Program-made: the position numbers and the translations under genes | Notes under the pieces: generated by a model | The model's database searches: none | Seen by the model: only the letters and a program-made list of their open reading frames with translations | What the model was told of the DNA's origin: nothing | Assembly: GCA_944384385.1 (NCBI GenBank) | Contig: CALWTG010000001.1 | Span: forward strand, 1 to 46,145 | Direction: 5' to 3' | DNA length: 46,145 bases | From: an uncultured Clostridia bacterium | GTDB lineage: Bacteria > Bacillota > Clostridia > Christensenellales > UBA1242 | In this document: positions 26,251 to 36,071 of the stretch, piece after piece | Layout of the letters: each line of letters starts with the position of its first letter | Numbering within the stretch: position 1 is the stretch's first letter

Positions 26251-27138
26251 TTAATCAATGTCAATAATTTCGTATTTTCGATTGCCAAGTCCAAGTTCGC
26301 TTGCTCTCTCAACAATTCTTATTGCATGTTTTTCGTGCATACGGTTTACGAGTGATGTTTTTCCGCTGTCAGTTGAGTTTATTATTTGGTCATAGCAACA
26401 CTGGTCAAGTGCGACAGGGTCAAGCGAAGCAAAAATTCCAATATCTTTCATCTCTGGCTCGTGTGGGTTACTGTCACAGTCACAGTCAATTGAAATTCTG
26501 TTTGCAACATTTATATATGCCATATTTTGAGGTGTGAAGTGGTCAATGACACCTTCACAAGCTTCTGCCATACTCTCCAAAAAGGCATCTTGATTTTGAA
26601 CATATTCCCAACATTTATCGGGGTCTGTCGTGTTTCCCCATGAGTGTATCCATGCCTTGCCATTTCTTGATGCAACGCCAATGCTCATATTTTTCAATGC
26701 ACCGCCAAAGCCTGCCATTGCGTGACCTTTAAAGTGCGATAGCATAAGCATACTGTCATATCTTGTAATGTGGCTTCCTACATAGTTTTTGTCTTTTAGG
26801 TGAGTGCTATTTTTTACATCTAATGCAATTTCGCCATCTTCGTCCATAAGGTCGCAAGGTGCAATGTCATAAAAGCCATGGTCTTTAAATGTTTGCCAGT
26901 GGTCAGCAGTTTCAAAACGCTTGCCGCGATATGCCGTTCTGCACTCAACAATTGTGCCATTAAGTTTGTCAACAAGGGGTTTTATTAAGCTTGGATTTAA
27001 AAAGTTGTGTCCACCTGGTTCGCCAGTTGATATTTTAACTGCAACATTGCCTTTTAGGTTTGCGCCAAGTGCTTGATAAATTTTGATTAAGCCATCACTT
27101 GAAATATCTTTTGTGAAATATACCTTGGATTTTTGCAT
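26251..27138 (-). CDS. DUF362 domain protein (COG2768-type uncharacterised Fe-S protein)
   Basis: MQKSKVYFT... N-terminus and SHFKGHAMAGFGGALKNMSIG block, plus a Cys cluster (ISIDCDCD, CCYD). AAGGAGA RBS sits 7 nt before the ATG at 27138. Confidence 0.75.
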   Translation of the reverse strand: MQKSKVYFTKDISSDGLIKIYQALGANLKGNVAVKISTGEPGGHNFLNPSLIKPLVDKLNGTIVECRTAYRGKRFETADHWQTFKDHGFYDIAPCDLMDEDGEIALDVKNSTHLKDKNYVGSHITRYDSMLMLSHFKGHAMAGFGGALKNMSIGVASRNGKAWIHSWGNTTDPDKCWEYVQNQDAFLESMAEACEGVIDHFTPQNMAYINVANRISIDCDCDSNPHEPEMKDIGIFASLDPVALDQCCYDQIINSTDSGKTSLVNRMHEKHAIRIVERASELGLGNRKYEIIDID

Positions 27139-27529
27139 GTTCATTCTCCTTTTAATCAAAACAATATCATTATTTTTATTTTTTGTAAAATACTTTAAAT
27201 GTTTTGTTTGACAACAATAAAAACCATAAAAATATGGGGATGTCTATTCATCAAAAATACAATCTGACACTTTCAAGCTGACAGTTTATATTGAGAATGC
27301 TTTGACACTTGCGTTTTTAAAAGTGACTATGCACAAAAAATAGTTGAGTATATGTTCAATTGTTATGGCAATAGTCTTGAATTCTTGTGGCCGAAGTTTT
27401 CTAACAACGCCATAGCAGACGAAGCGACAACAAAAAGAAGCATGCGATAATTGAAATGTGAATTGAACAAACATTCAACTATATTTAAAGCTGACAACAC
27501 AAAAGTAGATGTCTTTATTGATGCGAATT

Positions 27530-28447
27530 TTAATTTGGCAAAGAAATAGAAATTTTGTCAATAAGTGGAGTTGTGACTGGCGTGCTAAGGTCAGTTGAAA
27601 GATATTTTTTGTTGTCATCGGCAAAAACCGTGGCGACATTTTTGTAACCTGAAAGAACACACCCCAAAAAGTTTGCTCCGCCGGAAATCCCACAAGGGAT
27701 ACCCATTTTATTGAGTTTTTGAGCCATTGCTATGGCGTCTTCATCTGTTATCGGAATTATTTTTTCAACTAATTCTTTGTCATAAAGTGCGGGGATAAGG
27801 CCGTCGGACAGTCCTTGAATTTTATGTTCACCTTTACTGTAACCAAGCGTTAGCAGTGAAGAAGAAGCTGGGTCAATGGCAATTATATGAACGCCGTATT
27901 TTTTTAGATATCCGCCTGCACCTGAAAGTGTTCCACCTGTGCCAACTCCACTGACAAAAGCGTCAGGAGTTATTTCTTTTAATATTTCTTTGCCTATATT
28001 CTCTTGTGCCAGTCTGTTGTTGATATTTTCAAACTGTTTGACATACTTTGCACCTGTTTTTTGGGCGTATTTTTTTGCACTTTCAAAACAATCGTCAAAG
28101 TTGTCACACAAAATAAGGTTTGCACCATATAATTTTATTAGTTTTTTTCGTTCTTCGCTCATTGTCTTTGGCATAAAAATCGTGACTTTAATTCCAAGAA
28201 GGGCGCCAATACTTGCAAGGCTTATGCCCATATTTCCGCTTGTGACCTCAACAATCTCATCGCCCGAATGTACGCCTATGTTTTTAATCATTGAAATGGC
28301 AGCACGGTCCTTTACCGAGCCAGAGAAGTTATACCACTCACACTTTGCATAGACATTTACAATATTTTCATTGTATTTAACATCTAATTTTAATAGTGGA
28401 GTATTGCCAATAAACTTACTAATTTTATCAAATTTATCCATATTCAA
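27530..28447 (-). CDS. cysK: Cysteine synthase (O-acetylserine sulfhydrylase), PLP-dependent
   Basis: IGNTPLLKL, the PLP-lysine block NFSGSVKDRAA, TSGNMG and GVGTGGTLSG. Confidence 0.9.
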   Translation of the reverse strand: MNMDKFDKISKFIGNTPLLKLDVKYNENIVNVYAKCEWYNFSGSVKDRAAISMIKNIGVHSGDEIVEVTSGNMGISLASIGALLGIKVTIFMPKTMSEERKKLIKLYGANLILCDNFDDCFESAKKYAQKTGAKYVKQFENINNRLAQENIGKEILKEITPDAFVSGVGTGGTLSGAGGYLKKYGVHIIAIDPASSSLLTLGYSKGEHKIQGLSDGLIPALYDKELVEKIIPITDEDAIAMAQKLNKMGIPCGISGGANFLGCVLSGYKNVATVFADDNKKYLSTDLSTPVTTPLIDKISISLPN

Positions 28448-28546
28448 ATTATGTTATGCAATTTTTTTTAATTTTGTCAAATAATTGCAATTACTTGAAA
28501 TAATATTGTGTTTGTAATATAATAAAAACAAAATGGAGGAATAATA

Positions 28547-29026
28547 ATGGAAATTATGCAATGCTTAAAGCCAAGAGAATCATGGCGTGAAATAGACAAA
28601 AATATGTACAAATTATACGGTCTTGAAAATAACACTCAGGCAAAGGTAGCTGTGGCTTTTGCACTTAGTAAGTCTATGGAGCCTGAAAAGACATTGACCA
28701 TATATGACTATGGCAAACAAAAATCACTTTATGGCGACCTTGACGCAGAATATAAAGAGCTTCAACTGGACATCTCGAAACAAGAAGAGTACGGTGCTTT
28801 TCCTGAGCATTGGGAGAAGGGCAACAACATCTTTTACAGTGTGCTCCGGCTTGTCAAGTCTCCAAGTATTCGTATGGTTGATATATTTTTTGATTGTGAT
28901 GGCAAAACTTATTGTGCACACACATACATTGACAAAAATATTAAAGATTTGACTTTAAAAAGTGTTGCAAAAAACAATGCAGACATAGGATATTTATTAA
29001 ATGAAATTGAACGTATTAAAGCATAA
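28547..29026 (+). CDS. Hypothetical protein
   Basis: 159-aa ORF with a strong RBS (GGAGGAATAATAATG). No motif recognised. The 3' end overlaps the queH frame. Confidence 0.5.
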   Translation: MEIMQCLKPRESWREIDKNMYKLYGLENNTQAKVAVAFALSKSMEPEKTLTIYDYGKQKSLYGDLDAEYKELQLDISKQEEYGAFPEHWEKGNNIFYSVLRLVKSPSIRMVDIFFDCDGKTYCAHTYIDKNIKDLTLKSVAKNNADIGYLLNEIERIKA

Positions 29027-29039
29027 CTATGATATTTTG

Positions 29040-29612
29040 ATGCAAAAACAAATTGAAGATTTGAAATTTCGACCTAAAATTCTGCTTCACAGTTGTTGTG
29101 GACCATGTTCATCGACTTGCATTGAAAGACTAAAACAAAACTTTGATGTGACTGTTTTTTATTATAACCCCAATATATACCCACAAAATGAGTTTACAAA
29201 GCGCCTTGAAAATCAAAAAAAGGTTACGGCATATTTTGGCGATGTTGAAATAATTTCTCCTACCTATTTGGAAGACGAATATTTGCAAGAAATTAAAGGT
29301 CTTGAAGGCGAGAAAGAAGGCGGGAAAAGGTGCGAAAAGTGCTTTTATTTAAGACTGAAAAAGACTGCACAGTATGCAAAAGATAATGGCTACGATTTTT
29401 TTGGAACAACGCTAACTGTTAGTTCACACAAAGATGAGCAAAAAATTAATGCGATTGGCGAAGAGATATCTAGTCAGATAGGTATAAAATTTTTGTATTC
29501 TGACTTCAAAAAGCATGACGGATACAAGCGCAGCATTGAACTTTCAAAACAGCTGGGGCTATATAGACAAAATTATTGTGGTTGTAGGTTTTCAATAAGG
29601 AGAGACGTTTGA
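29040..29612 (+). CDS. queH: Epoxyqueuosine reductase QueH (DUF208)
   Basis: LLHSCCGPCSS, YYNPNIYP, CEKCFYLRL and NYCGC Cys motifs typical of QueH. Start ambiguous (29001 or 29040). Confidence 0.85.
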   Translation: MQKQIEDLKFRPKILLHSCCGPCSSTCIERLKQNFDVTVFYYNPNIYPQNEFTKRLENQKKVTAYFGDVEIISPTYLEDEYLQEIKGLEGEKEGGKRCEKCFYLRLKKTAQYAKDNGYDFFGTTLTVSSHKDEQKINAIGEEISSQIGIKFLYSDFKKHDGYKRSIELSKQLGLYRQNYCGCRFSIRRDV

Positions 29613-30337
29613 AATACGCAAAATATATAAAACCTAAAAAACAAAGAGATTGGATAGGAACGATATCATCAATAGTGCTACTTATTGCCTTTTTGGTGCT
29701 TGCTTTTTTTGTTGTGGTTATGTTTTATTGCAATGTTGCACTTGGCTACTATCCAATAATGGGCACTAGTATGAGCCCGCTCATTAACGCAAGTGGGCAA
29801 AACACAGACTATGTTTACGCAACATACGATGTGTCCGACATAACATATGGTGATGTTATAATTTTTCATCATCCTGACACAAACGAAGCATCTGGGTATA
29901 AGCAAGTAATAAAGCGCGTCATTGCACTTGGTGGCGACAATATTATGATAAAAGATACAGGCAGATCAGTGCCTAACAGCACGCAAGATTATTATGCACT
30001 TTATATTCAGTATGACGGCGAAGGTGCTTTTGTTGAAGTCGATGAAAATTATGTTGTTGATAAAACATCATACATTGAAATTTATAATGAATTTTACACG
30101 ATAGAAAATAGTAGCAAACTGTTTTTATACGACGGCTATGGCAACAGGTATCTTCACGTAGAAGAAGGGCAAATATTTTACGCCGGAGATAATAGAACAA
30201 ACTCAAATGACTGCTTTGACTATGGTGCACAAGATGCATCAAACATAGTCGCAGAAGTGAAATATATCATTTACGGTGGAACAAACAGGGTTTGGCAAGT
30301 TGTCATGCAGATGCTAGGAATATATAAATGGAACTAG
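29609..30337 (+). CDS. lepB: Signal peptidase I (S26 family)
   Basis: N-terminal TM. Ser box GTSMSPLI, Lys box VIKRVIALGGD, box E GDNRTNSNDC. TTG start 6 nt after GGAG. Confidence 0.85.
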   Translation: MKYAKYIKPKKQRDWIGTISSIVLLIAFLVLAFFVVVMFYCNVALGYYPIMGTSMSPLINASGQNTDYVYATYDVSDITYGDVIIFHHPDTNEASGYKQVIKRVIALGGDNIMIKDTGRSVPNSTQDYYALYIQYDGEGAFVEVDENYVVDKTSYIEIYNEFYTIENSSKLFLYDGYGNRYLHVEEGQIFYAGDNRTNSNDCFDYGAQDASNIVAEVKYIIYGGTNRVWQVVMQMLGIYKWN

Positions 30338-31398
30338 AAAAAATTGAATTACAAAATTTTCGCAACTATAAAAATGCGACAATAACTTTTGATGATGGCC
30401 TCAATGTCATATGTGGTCAAAATGCTCAGGGCAAGACCAACCTTTTGGAAGCCATCTATTTTTGTGTTGTTGGCAAAAGTTTTCGGGCATCTCGTGAAAA
30501 AGAAGTCATCAATATGCAAAAAGATATTGCGAAAATTAAAGTATATATCAAGAAAAATGTTGGTAAAAGCATAATTGAAATGTTATTTTCAAAAAAAGAG
30601 AAAAAAACAGTTAAAATTGACGGCATACCAATCAAGCGTATAAGCCAGCTTCTTGGCGAATTCAACGGAGTTTTCTTTTCGCCAGACGAACTCAAGCTCA
30701 TAAAAGACAGTCCGGAAGATAGGCGACGATTTATGGACATAGATTTGTCGCAGACAACAAAGCAATATATCTATCTTTTGTCGCGATATAATGAAGTGCT
30801 TGCAAGCAGGAATAAACAATTAAAACAAAATCTAAAACTTGCAGATATGAAAAATATACTCAGTATTTGGGACGACCAGCTGGCAACTTATGCACAAAAA
30901 ATTAAGCGTTATAGGCAAAATTTTGTTTTGAACTTGGCGCCATATGCACAAAAAGCGCACGCATATATAACCGATGGCAAGGAACAACTTGGCGTGGAGT
31001 ATGTTTCAATAGCTGAGAACACAAAAGAAGAAATCATAAAAAAACTTGAACAAAGCATTGAAAAAGATTTGGCACTTGGCTACACCACATACGGCGTTCA
31101 TCGCGACGACATAAAGGTGACAGTTAACGGCATAGATGTGAGAACATACGGTTCGCAAGGTCAACAGCGTACTTGTGCATTGTCACTTAAACTTGCCGAA
31201 CTTAACATCATTGAAGACATAACTCACACTCGTCCAGTGCTTTTACTTGACGATGTTTTGAGCGAGCTTGACGAATCAAGGAAAAAGCGTCTTTTAGATT
31301 TTGTAAAAGGCACTCAAACTTTTATCACTTGCACCGAGTTTGATTATCCAGATATAAAGTGCAAGAAGATAATAATTCAAAATGGAGACGTTAAGTAG
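30328..31398 (+). CDS. recF: DNA replication and repair protein RecF
   Basis: LQNFRNYKNATITF...GQNAQGKTNLLEAIYF (Walker A), signature GSQGQQRT, Walker B LLLDDVLSELD. Confidence 0.92.
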   Translation: MELEKIELQNFRNYKNATITFDDGLNVICGQNAQGKTNLLEAIYFCVVGKSFRASREKEVINMQKDIAKIKVYIKKNVGKSIIEMLFSKKEKKTVKIDGIPIKRISQLLGEFNGVFFSPDELKLIKDSPEDRRRFMDIDLSQTTKQYIYLLSRYNEVLASRNKQLKQNLKLADMKNILSIWDDQLATYAQKIKRYRQNFVLNLAPYAQKAHAYITDGKEQLGVEYVSIAENTKEEIIKKLEQSIEKDLALGYTTYGVHRDDIKVTVNGIDVRTYGSQGQQRTCALSLKLAELNIIEDITHTRPVLLLDDVLSELDESRKKRLLDFVKGTQTFITCTEFDYPDIKCKKIIIQNGDVK

Positions 31399-31442
31399 AC
31401 TGCCGAAAAACTGCGTGATACTTTGTTGAGCAAATAAAATAA

Positions 31443-31490
31443 GGCTGACCAAAAACAAGAAAAAATTTGTTTTTAGTCAGTCTTATTATT
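31443..31490. terminator. Bidirectional terminator between recF and the acyltransferase gene
   Basis: GGCTGACCAAAAACAA-N8-TTGTTTTTAGTCAGTC: a 16-bp stem with 2 mismatches. Confidence 0.55.
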
Positions 31491-32319
31491 TTGTGTGTAA
31501 TTTTTCAAACTCTTCTTTTGTCACATAGTGATAATACTCATAACTATTGTATTTATCTAACATATCTTGCATGGCCTTTTGCGAACGGTCACGAAGGTCG
31601 TCATTTCTTTCACGAATGCCAAGCGTTAAATGAGGGTAAAGTGGGTCGAAAATATACACGCTTATTTTTGGGCGCTTTTTGACAATGCGTCTTAAACCTT
31701 TTGTCTTTCTAAAAACGATGATGTAAGGAATAACTGGAACATTGTTTTTTGATGCGAAGTGGAATGCACCACTTTTGAAAGGTCGAAGTTTATTGTAGTA
31801 TGGCCACATACTGCCCTCAGGGAAGACATGAACGAACCTATTTTTTTTAAGGTATGTTGTTATTTGCCTATAAAAATTTATGTGTGCCTTTGGTGTGTCG
31901 GGAAGTGGCATGACGCCGAATGCTGACATAAGTTTTCCAACATATGGCACATCAAAATTTTCTTTTCTTGAAACGATGTGTGAACGGCGAAAACGCTTGA
32001 CGAAAGCCGTGGCAATCATAAAGTCAACATAGTGAACATGATTTGAAACTGTTATTGCTCCGCCTTTTACATTTTTTAGTTTTTTCTTGCCATAAACTTT
32101 AATTCCTAGCCCAATTTTCCCATACAAAAAAAATATTGGACGAGCTATGAAATGATAAAAAATAAATTGGAATACGCGATAAAACCAGTTTTTTTGATAT
32201 TTATAATTTTCATCAACAACAAGCTTGTTGTGTTTTTTTGTTATGTTCTCAACAACAATGCCGTCTGGAGAAGATGGCATTATGACTAACTTTTCTTTTG
32301 TAAAAATATTTTTTTGCAT
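31486..32319 (-). CDS. Lysophospholipid (1-acyl-sn-glycerol-3-phosphate) acyltransferase family protein
   Basis: H-x4-D block VSNHVHYVDF and the FPEGS block of the PlsC/LPLAT family. Confidence 0.8.
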   Translation of the reverse strand: MQKNIFTKEKLVIMPSSPDGIVVENITKKHNKLVVDENYKYQKNWFYRVFQFIFYHFIARPIFFLYGKIGLGIKVYGKKKLKNVKGGAITVSNHVHYVDFMIATAFVKRFRRSHIVSRKENFDVPYVGKLMSAFGVMPLPDTPKAHINFYRQITTYLKKNRFVHVFPEGSMWPYYNKLRPFKSGAFHFASKNNVPVIPYIIVFRKTKGLRRIVKKRPKISVYIFDPLYPHLTLGIRERNDDLRDRSQKAMQDMLDKYNSYEYYHYVTKEEFEKLHTK

Positions 32320-32426
32320 TGTAATTTTAGTATACCAAATTTTGCAACATTGTCAAACACTAGATTATATAAATGTTTGACTTATTAGGGCATATATATT
32401 AAAATATATATATTCAAGGAGAAACT

Positions 32427-33551
32427 ATGGGTTTGTTTAATTTTATTAAGAGACAATTACTTGAAGTCATTGAGTGGAAAGATAGTTCAAAAGATACCAT
32501 TGTGTATCGCTTTCCATTGACTGACCGTGAAGAAATCATGACTTCATCAACTTTGGTCGTTCGTGAGAGCCAAGTTGCAATATTTGTACATAAAGGTCAA
32601 GTTGCCGATGTCTTTACGCCAGGCACCTACAAACTTTCAACAGAGAACATACCATTTTTGACAAAGATTTTGTCTCTTCCAACAGGATTTGAGTCGCCAA
32701 TAAAGGCAGAAGTTTATTTTGTCAACACAAAGCAATTTGTTGGTCAAAAGTGGGGCACGCAAAATCCAATAATGATGCGCGACAGTGAGTTTGGAACAAT
32801 AAGACTCCGAGGCTTTGGAGTGTATTCTTTCAAAGTTAGTGATGCAAAACTTTTTATGCAAGAAGTTTTTGGAACAAATGAAGTTTACAAAGTTGAAGAT
32901 GTTGCATTGCAAATAAAGCCAATGCTAATTCAAGCAGTTACTGACGCAATCGCTGAAAGTAAAATTTCTGCCATTGACCTTGCTGCCAATTACAGAGAGT
33001 TTTCAAGCGAAATCCTTAAAATGAGTGAGCCAGAATTTTCAAAATATGGACTAAAACTATGCAGTGTTGTCATTGAAAATCTTTCACTTCCAGAAGATGT
33101 TGAGAAGGCACTTGACGAAAGAACAAAACTTGGAGTGCTTGAAGACAAAATGGGCACATACACCCAGTACCAAGCCGCTCAGGCAATTCGTGATGCAGCA
33201 CAAAACGAAAGTGGCGGAAATCTTGCGGGACTTGGCGTTGGGCTTGGTGCAGGCACGACAATAGGCGGGGTTTTTGCAAACAACATAACAACAGAAAATA
33301 AGCCAAAAGTCAAAACTGTTGTTTGTGAAAAGTGCGGGGCAAAGATGCGTGAAGGTGCAAAGTTTTGCCCAGAGTGTGGTGCAGCACAAGGCGCAGTTTG
33401 TCCAAAGTGTGGCAAACCAGTTTCGAAAAATGCAAAATTTTGCCCAGAGTGCGGCGAAAATTTGAAAAAAGAAATAGTTTGTAAAAAGTGCGGAGCAAAA
33501 ATAAAGAAAACTGCAAAATTCTGCCCAGAGTGTGGAACAAAAGTGGAATAG
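32427..33551 (+). CDS. SPFH/band-7 family protein (COG4260, YdjI-like) with three C-terminal zinc ribbons
   Basis: MGLFNFIKRQLLEVIEWKD...IVYRFP N-terminus typical of COG4260. The C-terminus (nt 33324-33536) has 3 copies of C-x2-C-G-x7-8-AKFCPECG. Promoter-like TTGACT-17-TAAAAT lies upstream. Confidence 0.8.
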   Translation: MGLFNFIKRQLLEVIEWKDSSKDTIVYRFPLTDREEIMTSSTLVVRESQVAIFVHKGQVADVFTPGTYKLSTENIPFLTKILSLPTGFESPIKAEVYFVNTKQFVGQKWGTQNPIMMRDSEFGTIRLRGFGVYSFKVSDAKLFMQEVFGTNEVYKVEDVALQIKPMLIQAVTDAIAESKISAIDLAANYREFSSEILKMSEPEFSKYGLKLCSVVIENLSLPEDVEKALDERTKLGVLEDKMGTYTQYQAAQAIRDAAQNESGGNLAGLGVGLGAGTTIGGVFANNITTENKPKVKTVVCEKCGAKMREGAKFCPECGAAQGAVCPKCGKPVSKNAKFCPECGENLKKEIVCKKCGAKIKKTAKFCPECGTKVE

Positions 33552-33557
33552 GTCATT

Positions 33558-34628
33558 ATGCAGTTTGAAACAGTAATCAAATCAACACAAGATAAATGTG
33601 CTTCTTGTGGTGGACATCTATATTTCTCGCCCGAGGACCAAGCGCTTAAATGTAAGTCTTGTGGCGGACTTGAAAAAATCGAGTTCAATCACGACAATCA
33701 AAAGCATAGATATGAGATAAACGCCGAAAAGGGCGAAGAGCACAAAAAATATGCACAAGAAAACAAAGTTTTTAAGTGTGCATCGTGCGGAGCAAATGTG
33801 GTTTTAAACAGACTTGATGTTGCGACTAAGTGCCCTTATTGTGACAGTAGCACTATGATTTCAGAAGATGTGGATATTGGGCTTAGACCAGACTCAATCA
33901 TTCCTTTTAAGTTCGGCACAAAAAAAGCGACAGAACTTTATAAAGCTGGATTAAAAAAGAAGTGGTTTTTGCCAAATGTTTTCAAAAAAAGTCCACCTAT
34001 GGACGAAGTTAAAGGTGTGTATGTTCCATGTTTTAGCTTTGACGCACACTCGCACACAGATTATTATGGTAGACTTGCAGTAAATCACACAAAGACTACG
34101 AGAGATGGTCACACAAAGACATACACAACATACTACAACATTGCAGGACAAAGAGATTTTGACCATCATGACATCTTGGTCGAAACAAGTGCACACATCG
34201 ATCAAATTGTATTTAACGGCATAAAGCCATACAATCTTAAAGAACTCGTGGTGTATGACGATGCCTTCATCAGAGGTTACAGTTTGGAGCACTATGACCA
34301 AGCGCTTGAAAACTGCAAAAAAGTTGCAAACGCAATGATGGAGAAAACCATCGAAAGCCAAATTTTGTCGTCTTATTCATATTCTTATGTTCAAAGTTAT
34401 GACCAAAACATCAAGTTTAGTGATGAAAAATATTCATATTACATAGTGCCAACATACAGTGTAAAATACAAATACAAAGGCAAAAACTATTTGACATATA
34501 TGAACGGGCAAACGGGCAAGGTCGGTGGCGGACTTCCAAGGTCGGCAGTAAAAATCACATTTTTTGTGCTGTTTATACTACTAGTTGTTGTTGGTATAAT
34601 TGCACTGATTTATATTTTCGGGGAATAG
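33558..34628 (+). CDS. Zinc-ribbon membrane protein (YdjG-like architecture)
   Basis: Two CxxC...CxxC ribbons (CASCGG..CKSCGG; CASCGA..CPYCDS), a central domain, the motif VPTYSVKYKYKGKNYLTYMNGQTGKV, and a C-terminal TM ITFFVLFILLVVVGIIALIYIF. Confidence 0.6.
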   Translation: MQFETVIKSTQDKCASCGGHLYFSPEDQALKCKSCGGLEKIEFNHDNQKHRYEINAEKGEEHKKYAQENKVFKCASCGANVVLNRLDVATKCPYCDSSTMISEDVDIGLRPDSIIPFKFGTKKATELYKAGLKKKWFLPNVFKKSPPMDEVKGVYVPCFSFDAHSHTDYYGRLAVNHTKTTRDGHTKTYTTYYNIAGQRDFDHHDILVETSAHIDQIVFNGIKPYNLKELVVYDDAFIRGYSLEHYDQALENCKKVANAMMEKTIESQILSSYSYSYVQSYDQNIKFSDEKYSYYIVPTYSVKYKYKGKNYLTYMNGQTGKVGGGLPRSAVKITFFVLFILLVVVGIIALIYIFGE

Positions 34629-34636
34629 GAGAATTT

Positions 34637-35941
34637 ATGATACAGCCAAAGACATTATCTGGATTTATGGAGCTTTTACCTAATCAACAGATACAATTCA
34701 ATCATTTTATTGATATAATACGAAAAACATACGAAAGGTATGGTTTTTTACCAATAGACACTCCTGTTTTGGAATCAAGCGAAGTGCTTCTTGCAAAGGC
34801 GGGTGGGGAAACTGAAAAGCAGATATACAGATTTTCAAAAGGTGACAACGACATTGCCATGCGCTTTGACTTGACTGTACCACTTGCGAAGTATGTTGCC
34901 AAAAACTTGAATGAGCTAAACTTCCCTTTCCAAAGATACCAAATAGGCAAAGTTTATCGTGGAGAGCGTCCACAAAAGGGCAGGTTTAGAGAATTTTATC
35001 AGTGCGATATTGATGTCATTGGTAGGGGTACGCTTGACATAAAGTATGACGCTCTTGTTCCAAGTGTTGTTGCAAGCATATTCAAAGAGATGAACATAGG
35101 CGACTTTTGTATCAAAGTCAACAACAGAAAAGTGCTCTCTGGATATTTGCAGTCACTAGGTCTTGAAGATATTGCACAAGATGTGCAAAGACTTGTGGAC
35201 AAGTACAAAAAGATAGGAAAAGATGTGTTTGTGTTATCACTGAAAGATTTGAATATAGATGACATAAACATTGATAAAATATGTGCATTTTTGACACTTG
35301 ATGGCACAAAAAGCGAAAAAATTACAAAGCTCAAACAACTTGGAATAACAAACCAAACTTTTTGCGATGGCGTGAGTGAACTTGAAACGGTGATTAACAC
35401 AATGGCAGGCTTTGGCGTTGACGACAACTGCTATGACATTGACTTAACAATTGTTCGTGGACTTGACTACTATACAAGCACAGTTTACGAAACAGTACTT
35501 ATTGGCCATGAAGATTTGGGCAGTGTGTGTGGCGGTGGAAGATATGATAATCTTGCATCATATTACACACATGAGACGCTCCCTGGTGTTGGTATGTCGA
35601 TTGGGCTAACAAGACTTTACTCACAGCTTGTTGAGGCAGGCATTATTGACGGTGGCAAGGGCGCAGTATCAAAGGCAATTATTTTGCCAATGGGCGACAC
35701 GCTTTCACACTGTCTTGAACTTGCAAAAGTGCTAAGAGAAAATGACCTAAATTGTGAAGTATATCTTCAAGATGTAAAGTTTAAGCACAAAATTTCTTAT
35801 GCAGGGAAATCGGGCATTAAATATGCTATTTTAGTTGGCGAAGATGAAGTGAAAAGTGGAGAATATGCCGTTAAAGACCTTGAAAGTGGAACACAGACAA
35901 GTCTTTCACAAAGCCAGCTTATTCAACTTTTACAAAAGTGA
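34637..35941 (+). CDS. hisS: Histidine--tRNA ligase
   Basis: Class II motifs: LSGFMELLP, FQRYQIGKVYRGERPQKGRFREFYQCD, GGGRYDNL. The start is only 8 nt after the upstream stop codon. Confidence 0.93.
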   Translation: MIQPKTLSGFMELLPNQQIQFNHFIDIIRKTYERYGFLPIDTPVLESSEVLLAKAGGETEKQIYRFSKGDNDIAMRFDLTVPLAKYVAKNLNELNFPFQRYQIGKVYRGERPQKGRFREFYQCDIDVIGRGTLDIKYDALVPSVVASIFKEMNIGDFCIKVNNRKVLSGYLQSLGLEDIAQDVQRLVDKYKKIGKDVFVLSLKDLNIDDINIDKICAFLTLDGTKSEKITKLKQLGITNQTFCDGVSELETVINTMAGFGVDDNCYDIDLTIVRGLDYYTSTVYETVLIGHEDLGSVCGGGRYDNLASYYTHETLPGVGMSIGLTRLYSQLVEAGIIDGGKGAVSKAIILPMGDTLSHCLELAKVLRENDLNCEVYLQDVKFKHKISYAGKSGIKYAILVGEDEVKSGEYAVKDLESGTQTSLSQSQLIQLLQK

Positions 35942-35970
35942 TTGACAAAACTTTGCGTATATATTATATT
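35942..35970 (+). promoter_or_regulatory. Sigma-A type promoter immediately upstream of tRNA-His
   Basis: TTGACA (35942-35947), a 17-nt spacer, then TATATT (35965-35970). It overlaps the hairpin GCGTATATA-N7-TATATACGC (35955-35979). Confidence 0.5.
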
Positions 35971-35986
35971 TATATACGCGTGTCAT

Positions 35987-36064
35987 GGTGGATATAGCGT
36001 AGTTGGCTAACGCGCCAGATTGTGGCTCTGGAGACCATGGGTTCAAGTCCCATTATTCACCCCA
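35987..36064 (+). tRNA. tRNA-His (anticodon GTG) with encoded G-1 and CCA
   Basis: Cloverleaf folded by hand: G-1, acceptor GTGGATA/TATTCAC, D stem GCGT/ACGC, anticodon stem CCAGA/TCTGG with loop TTGTGGC, T stem ATGGG/CCCAT with loop TTCAAGT, discriminator C, then CCA. Confidence 0.92.
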
Positions 36065-36071
36065 TATATTG

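Noticed and set aside
27286-27693. 62-aa and 72-aa minus-strand ORFs between and overlapping cysK and DUF362
   Set aside because: They are Cys/Phe-rich and lack an RBS. One overlaps the cysK 3' end out of frame.
33070-33688. Minus-strand ORFs (76-169 aa) with repeated PHSGQNFA-like units
   Set aside because: They are antisense reading of the three zinc-ribbon DNA repeats of the SPFH gene. The sense strand gives textbook CxxC motifs.
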